From positions 50,357 to 114,356 of the forward strand of contig JAITVV010000073.1 in NCBI GenBank assembly GCA_031285625.1: a stretch of 64,000 nt of DNA. The letters run 5' to 3'. Every line of letters begins with the position of its first letter. Positions within the stretch are counted from its first letter, which is position 1. This DNA is from Prevotella sp. GTDB taxonomy: Bacteria; Bacteroidota; Bacteroidia; Bacteroidales; Dysgonomonadaceae. Below are positions 58,468 to 64,000 of this stretch, piece by piece. The translations under genes and the position numbers were made by a program. Below the pieces are notes generated by a model. It did no database searches and had not been told where the DNA came from. It was given only the letters and a program-made list of their open reading frames with translations.

Positions 58468-59568
58468 TCAACCATTCATTTCACTGCAACTATTATAAAG
58501 ACCTCTCCAGTCGGCACCACGCTTTTTCATTACATTTTCCAGGTATTCTTTCCATACCATTTTATCTTTATCTTCATCCTTTACAACAGCACCTTGAAGC
58601 CCTGCTGCCAAATCATTATCTGTGATGTTTCCATTGCCAAAACTAGCGGCTAACGCCATACTATTTGTGATCAAAGAAATAGCTTCGGCAGTAGATATTA
58701 CTCCACTTGGTGATTTTAGTTTCTGTTTTTCGTCTAGAGTAATACCTTGTCTTAATTCGCGGAACACAGTAACGATTTTTTCTACAATCTCACGGTTTGG
58801 CAAGGTAGCTTTCAATCTGTAATTACCCGCTATTTCAGCAACACGTTTATTAACGATATTTACCTCTGTTTCCAAATTGGCTGGAGAAGGCAGCACAATA
58901 ATATTAAAACGACGTTTAAGTGCCGATGACATATCATTTACACCCCTGTCACGTGTATTTGCTGTTGCTATAATTGCAAAACCACGTTGGGCTGGTAGTT
59001 CTTTAGATAACTCAGGAATAGCAATCGTTTTTTCTGACATGATAGAAATTAAAGCGTCTTGTACCTCTGACGCACAACGTGAAATTTCTTCAAAGCGGGC
59101 AATACTACCACCTTCCATAGACCGCATTATAGGGCTTTTTATCAGAGCAGCGTCAGATGGCCCATTTGCAAGCAACATGGCATAGTTCCAGGAATAGCGA
59201 ATATGTTCTTCACTCGTTCCGGCAGTACCTTGTACCACTTTGCCTGAATCTCCACAAATAGCTGCAGATAGATTCTCAGAAAGCCATGATTTTGCAGTTC
59301 CCGGCTCGCCGATTAGTAATAATGATCTGTCAGTAAGTAATGTGGCAATAGCGATTTCTACAAGACGATCATGGCCGATATATTTAGGAGTAATATCAAC
59401 GCTTCCAGCTTTACCACCAACAATAAATTTTAATACAGCTTTAGGAGACAAATGCCAGCCTACAGGTTTTTCTTCATTTTTATCTTCATCTTTCAGTGCA
59501 TCTAATTCGTGTGCATAAAGTAATTCGGCTGGTAACCTCAAAACATCTTTTTTGTCATCTTTTGCCAT
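58468..59568 (-). CDS. MoxR-clade AAA+ ATPase (YehL-like)
   Basis: Walker A GEPGTAKS, Walker B ARFEE, 'ATANTRDRGVNDMSSALKRRF'. Confidence 0.92.
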   Translation of the reverse strand: MAKDDKKDVLRLPAELLYAHELDALKDEDKNEEKPVGWHLSPKAVLKFIVGGKAGSVDITPKYIGHDRLVEIAIATLLTDRSLLLIGEPGTAKSWLSENLSAAICGDSGKVVQGTAGTSEEHIRYSWNYAMLLANGPSDAALIKSPIMRSMEGGSIARFEEISRCASEVQDALISIMSEKTIAIPELSKELPAQRGFAIIATANTRDRGVNDMSSALKRRFNIIVLPSPANLETEVNIVNKRVAEIAGNYRLKATLPNREIVEKIVTVFRELRQGITLDEKQKLKSPSGVISTAEAISLITNSMALAASFGNGNITDNDLAAGLQGAVVKDEDKDKMVWKEYLENVMKKRGADWRGLYNSCSEMNG

Positions 59569-59624
59569 TTGGTGTAAAGTTTTATAGTTTATAATTTGCT
59601 TATGTTTAATTATTGTACCTCAGC

Positions 59625-59749
59625 AGATTGTACAATCTTATATATTCCTTATAGTTTTGTACAAAAATTGTCATGCCAAATATATGAATAATGATCGTCT
59701 AAACCAACGGTAGATATTACAACAAACAGAAATATTTTATATATATTCG
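59625..59749. promoter_or_regulatory. Divergent promoter region with two TTGTACAA-core palindromes
   Basis: AGATTGTACAATCT at 59625-59638 and TTTTGTACAAAA at 59655-59666. Minus-strand TATATTTG at 59677-59684 and plus-strand TATATTCG at 59742-59749. Confidence 0.5.
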
Positions 59750-59774
59750 CAAATATCTTTAACAAAACAAGTTT

Positions 59775-61208
59775 ATGAATATCACTACAAAACTAATTGA
59801 GGAGCTGGCTCCCAATGCGGCAGCGGCAAAAAATGGCCGGGATCTTGTCAGCAAAAACAAATTCTCAAATCTCAAAAAATCAGAAGACGATACTGTTATA
59901 TGGGGAGAATGTGCCGGCAGTGGCAAGAATCCATATATGTGTTCTGTTGATTTTATTGATGAGAATAATCCCATAAGCAGGTGTAATTGCCCCAGCAGGC
60001 AGTTTCCATGTAAACATGGATTAGGATTAATGTACGCTTATGAAAAAGGGTTAACATTCAACTCTTCCGATATTCCTGAGGATATTTTATCAAAACGAGA
60101 AAAAATAGAAAAGAAACAGGAAAAAAAGACTCAAGAGAAGGAAACAATAAAGGAGAAAGCAGAAAAGCCAAAAAAAATAAATAAGGCAGCTGTTATAAAA
60201 AAAGCAGAGGCCCAACTTACCGGAATAGATCTGGCAGAAAAACTATTAAGGAATATTATTCAGATGGGGTTATCTTCTGTAGATGCACAATCCAGAAGAA
60301 CTTTTTCTACACAAATAAAAGAACTGGGTAATTACTATATCAATGGAATACAAACAGCATTTAATAATCTGATGCTGGAACTCGATGATGTGGAGAATGA
60401 CAAATATACCAGAGTCATAGATCAGATAAATTTTATTTCAGCACTACTAAAAAAGAGTAAAGATTATTTAAACTCACGTAAAGAAAATCCGGAAGCTGCT
60501 CCAGAACTAAATTCTGCGATTGAAGAACAAATTGGCTATGTATGGAAGCTTGTTGAATTGATGGAGAATGGACTTTGGGAAGAAAATGCTGAGATAATTC
60601 AATTGTCATTCAATAATTATGACGATCCTGCCCGCAAAGAGTATATCGATCAGGGATACTGGATAAACCTGAAAACAGGAAAAATATATTCAACTAAGAA
60701 TTATCGTCCTTACAGGGCTGCAAAATATATAAAAGAAGATAATAGTATATTTGACGTATTACAAACACCCGAACTATTTATTTATCCGGGAGACCTTAAT
60801 CCCCGCGCACGTTGGGATTCGGCAGGAAGACGTGACGTTACACAAAATGATATCACAACTATTATTAATTATGCCTCATCCAACTATGCAGATTTAGTAA
60901 AAACAATAAAGGGAAGTATAAAGAATCCATTGATGGATAAGAACCCTGTAGCATTAATAAAACTACATAAATCCTACGTTAATGGAGAACACCTTGTGGT
61001 TGAAGATGAGCAAGGCAATGTCTTGACTGTAATGGATATGCCTTATGAGGAAATGAAAGTAGAACATTTCCTTAAATCGGTTATACCCTCCGAACCGAAA
61101 GGCTATGCACTGCTGGTGAAAATAAACAATGATGTTGAGTCTGGCTTATTTTCGGTACAGCCACTTTCATTAATTACCCCGGAAAAGATAATCCGTTTGC
61201 TTTATTAA
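59775..61208 (+). CDS. SWIM zinc-finger protein (YehQ-like)
   Basis: 'WGECAGSGKNPY...CNCPSRQFPCKH' is a SWIM CxC...CxH motif. Confidence 0.88.
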   Translation: MNITTKLIEELAPNAAAAKNGRDLVSKNKFSNLKKSEDDTVIWGECAGSGKNPYMCSVDFIDENNPISRCNCPSRQFPCKHGLGLMYAYEKGLTFNSSDIPEDILSKREKIEKKQEKKTQEKETIKEKAEKPKKINKAAVIKKAEAQLTGIDLAEKLLRNIIQMGLSSVDAQSRRTFSTQIKELGNYYINGIQTAFNNLMLELDDVENDKYTRVIDQINFISALLKKSKDYLNSRKENPEAAPELNSAIEEQIGYVWKLVELMENGLWEENAEIIQLSFNNYDDPARKEYIDQGYWINLKTGKIYSTKNYRPYRAAKYIKEDNSIFDVLQTPELFIYPGDLNPRARWDSAGRRDVTQNDITTIINYASSNYADLVKTIKGSIKNPLMDKNPVALIKLHKSYVNGEHLVVEDEQGNVLTVMDMPYEEMKVEHFLKSVIPSEPKGYALLVKINNDVESGLFSVQPLSLITPEKIIRLLY

Positions 61209-61227
61209 TCCCCTAAAATGACACATT

Positions 61228-63060
61228 ATGAGAATACAACCATTATATGATCTGCAACAAGAAGTAAACCGCCTCTTTATTGCAGGCAGTAAATTTGCAA
61301 AAAACGACCCCCGACTACTAAAGTTGATACCTATATTTGAAAAGCTAGGAGAAAAGGCTCCGGTATTTAAAAAACTAGCAAGAGATATACAGGACTTAAC
61401 CAAGGCCGATGCTTTAGAATCATCAGAAAAGCTAACAGCTATCAGTACCCTACTCTACTCTGTACTTTACACGCAGGGAGAAATGACCGAAACTGATGTG
61501 AAGAAAAAAGATCAAACACCACATTTTGATATAAATGATATTACAACACTATATTCATATTTGGAGGTGAAGCCGGCAATTAAAGCCTTATCGGAAAGTA
61601 ATCAGGGAAGAATGGAAGTAGTTGAAGACGCCCGAAAAAGAGGAATATTTAAAGATTTCAGGACATATGCTTATCTGGATTTGGCTTTAGGCGATAAATA
61701 CTCAGAACTAGCCGAACTTGCATACACGATTATAAAAGAGGACGCAGGAAAAACAATCATTCCAATCCTGGTTGAGAATTTCAGCTATGAAGGACGCAAA
61801 GAAGATTCCCGAAGATTACTATTACTTCATCACTTTGGCTATGAAGGAGTACCTTTTATGATAAAAAAAATAATGGAAGAGTCTGCAGTTAATCTACAAG
61901 CTGCTGCTATCACTATTTTAAGTGAAGATCTAAAAAATGAAGATTGGATTATAGAACTCACCGGAGATAAAAATAAGGTTGTTCGTGAAGCCGCATATAT
62001 GGGCTTAGCAAAACTGAATACAGAAAAAAGCCAGGATAAATTAAAAGAGTTGTACATAAAGAACCGGACTAAAAACAAAACTAACTTCGAACTACTCGTA
62101 TATGCTCTCCAATCAACTGACATGAGCTTCTTCTTCAATGAGGTATTTCAGCAAGTACGTGAAAGCTTCAACGAACTGTTAGCCATCAACAAAGATGCGG
62201 ATAATAAAAACTTTGTGGCTGCAATGGAGAATTTCCAGTCAAACATTTCGGTATTAAATTATAAAGACAAACCGGAAGTATATGATTTCCTTTCGGAAGT
62301 GCTTCTAAGCGATAATTACAATAAACTGATAAAGGATAAGAAAAATCTGCTGGCTGGTTATGCAAACAACGTATCTCAAACTATAATATCCGTATTACGT
62401 ACACTGGATAATAAAAAGACATTGGCTTTCTATAAAAAGATAGCGGATAAAATGCCTGATACAGAATGGAAGATACCATTCTATAAGAGGTACTTATATG
62501 ATAGTGTTACTGCTAAATCGAAAGATATCTACGACACATTCATAAATGCATATAATAAGAACTATATTGATATTAATGACCTTATCAAAGCATATAGCAG
62601 TAGTTACTCATATTATGCTAATGTTTCGCAGATAGATGATATCAAGGTAATTGATAAACGTTGGATCGACAGATTATATGAGCATATAGAAAAAGCTAAG
62701 AGTATGAAATATGACGAAATGAGAATGCTCGATATCATAGATGCTTATGAACCTGTGCCATGCGATAAGTTGAATAAGCTATTAAAAAAGGCAAGTACTA
62801 AAGTTGAAGTATATACCTCTGTAGATATCTTCAATAAAATGATGGCCAGAGATATCCCTGATAAATTCGATGCAATATATTCTGTTGTTAAGAATTATAC
62901 AAAAGGCTCTAATTCATACTATTTCTCAAGGTTAGCCGAAGCTGATTTCTGGGAAAAATTTCCAAAAGAATATATACCGAAGTTTAAAGACTTACATGCT
63001 AAAACGAAGCTTGGGTTATTTGAAACAATTGTAGATAAAATCCAACTAGGAAACGGATAA
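61228..63060 (+). CDS. HEAT/armadillo-like repeat protein
   Basis: All-helical character with HEAT-like 'DKNKVVREAAYMGLAKL'. Starts 19 bp after the SWIM gene. Confidence 0.7.
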   Translation: MRIQPLYDLQQEVNRLFIAGSKFAKNDPRLLKLIPIFEKLGEKAPVFKKLARDIQDLTKADALESSEKLTAISTLLYSVLYTQGEMTETDVKKKDQTPHFDINDITTLYSYLEVKPAIKALSESNQGRMEVVEDARKRGIFKDFRTYAYLDLALGDKYSELAELAYTIIKEDAGKTIIPILVENFSYEGRKEDSRRLLLLHHFGYEGVPFMIKKIMEESAVNLQAAAITILSEDLKNEDWIIELTGDKNKVVREAAYMGLAKLNTEKSQDKLKELYIKNRTKNKTNFELLVYALQSTDMSFFFNEVFQQVRESFNELLAINKDADNKNFVAAMENFQSNISVLNYKDKPEVYDFLSEVLLSDNYNKLIKDKKNLLAGYANNVSQTIISVLRTLDNKKTLAFYKKIADKMPDTEWKIPFYKRYLYDSVTAKSKDIYDTFINAYNKNYIDINDLIKAYSSSYSYYANVSQIDDIKVIDKRWIDRLYEHIEKAKSMKYDEMRMLDIIDAYEPVPCDKLNKLLKKASTKVEVYTSVDIFNKMMARDIPDKFDAIYSVVKNYTKGSNSYYFSRLAEADFWEKFPKEYIPKFKDLHAKTKLGLFETIVDKIQLGNG

Positions 63061-63067
63061 GAATAAG

Positions 63068-63087
63068 GGGGCAGATAGTTCTGCCCC
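63068..63087. terminator. Terminator between convergent genes
   Basis: GGGGCAGA-TAGT-TCTGCCCC. Confidence 0.7.
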
Positions 63088-63094
63088 TCATTTA

Positions 63095-64000
63095 TTATAT
63101 AACTCCCATCCTTATTGCATCCATAACATTTGCAGGAGGACGCTTATTTTCAAATTCTTTCTTCATAAAATCCATATAAACAGCTACATGATCAAAAAAT
63201 TGATAATAGCCTTTGCATAAGTAGTTTAGTCCGGGCTCACCTGTTGGAGTCTTGCTAAACCTGTTCTTCGGACATTCTCCATTGCAAGCAAACAGATATT
63301 TACATTCCTTGCATTGAGTTGGTAAAGAATCATACTTATCTTGTCCAAATTTTTGCTGTTCCTTACTATAGAGCATCTCAACCAGTGACTTAGAATGTAT
63401 ATTCCCTAATTTATACTGAGGAAATACGAAGTGATCACAAGAATACACATCCCCGTTAAACTCCATTACTCCCGCATGTCCACAGGTTCGCGCCATCGAG
63501 CATATGCCTGGTTGCCCTCCTGCCCAATTTGCTAATATCGCATCAAAGAGCTGGATATAGTATTGTCCGACATCGTTTCGTACCCATTCGTCAAAGATCG
63601 TACACAGGAAATTACCCCATTGTTCGGGAGTTACCGAAAACTCAGCCATTTCCAGATCTCCACCTTCTTCCACAGCTGCCAGATGCCTGCCATCTGTATG
63701 ATTATAAATACGTTCCACAATTGGAGTAAACTGTATATAACGGCAACCTATTTCTTTAAAGAAGTGATAAAAATCTAAAGGATAATCTGCATTAAAATCA
63801 TTGACTACAGCAAGGGCATTCCATTCTACCTGATGCTTATTCAATAACTGAATACCTTTCATTACATTTACAAAAGAAGGCCGTCCCTGTTTGTTACGCC
63901 TGTATTCGTCATGAAACTCCTGCGGTCCGTCAATAGAAACTCCGACCAGCCAGTTATTATCCTTGAAAAATTTACACCAGTCATCTGTCAATAAAGTACC
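63095..64000 (-). CDS. chuR: Anaerobic sulfatase maturase (radical SAM/SPASM), 5' part outside the window
   Basis: 'VGVSIDGP', 'YIQFTPIVE', SPASM cysteines 'CSMARTCG..GDVYSCDHFV..CKECKYLFACNGECPKNR'. Confidence 0.9.
   Translation of the reverse strand, partial: GTLLTDDWCKFFKDNNWLVGVSIDGPQEFHDEYRRNKQGRPSFVNVMKGIQLLNKHQVEWNALAVVNDFNADYPLDFYHFFKEIGCRYIQFTPIVERIYNHTDGRHLAAVEEGGDLEMAEFSVTPEQWGNFLCTIFDEWVRNDVGQYYIQLFDAILANWAGGQPGICSMARTCGHAGVMEFNGDVYSCDHFVFPQYKLGNIHSKSLVEMLYSKEQQKFGQDKYDSLPTQCKECKYLFACNGECPKNRFSKTPTGEPGLNYLCKGYYQFFDHVAVYMDFMKKEFENKRPPANVMDAIRMGVI

Noticed and set aside
63095-64000. Radical SAM/SPASM enzyme as a RiPP maturase linked to the SWIM/HEAT cluster
   Set aside because: The sequence matches the anaerobic sulfatase maturase type. 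It is convergent, separated by a terminator, and no precursor peptide is visible.

Overview
AT-rich Bacteroidota chromosomal window. Gene content and TAnnTTTG promoters fit a Dysgonomonas/Bacteroidales-type organism, but the taxon is inferred. In order: a partial HTH regulator and an outer-membrane beta-barrel gene; an ArsR remnant; a lipoprotein tyrosine-phosphatase; a Spy/CpxP-like protein; an AddB-like PD-(D/E)XK nuclease; an orphan fasciclin/SusC-loop/SusD chimeric lipoprotein; a MATE transporter; pstSCAB-phoU with a PhoB/PhoR-like pair; and suhB. A ~34 kb pectin/homogalacturonan utilisation locus follows (HTCS, SusC/D, GH28, GH105, PL1, CE8, CE12, GH43, esterase, uxaABC, kduI/kduD, kdgK, eda, ExuT-like MFS). 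After it come a GNAT, a divergent five-gene cluster of unknown function (YehL-like AAA+ ATPase, DUF5682, VWA, SWIM zinc finger, HEAT repeat) and a partial anaerobic sulfatase maturase. No rRNA, tRNA, CRISPR array or transposase was seen. The most interesting items are the five-gene AAA/VWA/SWIM system, a ~50 bp intergenic element present three times with a fixed 20 bp spacer, the chimeric SusD, two REP-type repeats and several candidate operators. All family calls come from motif recognition, not database searches.
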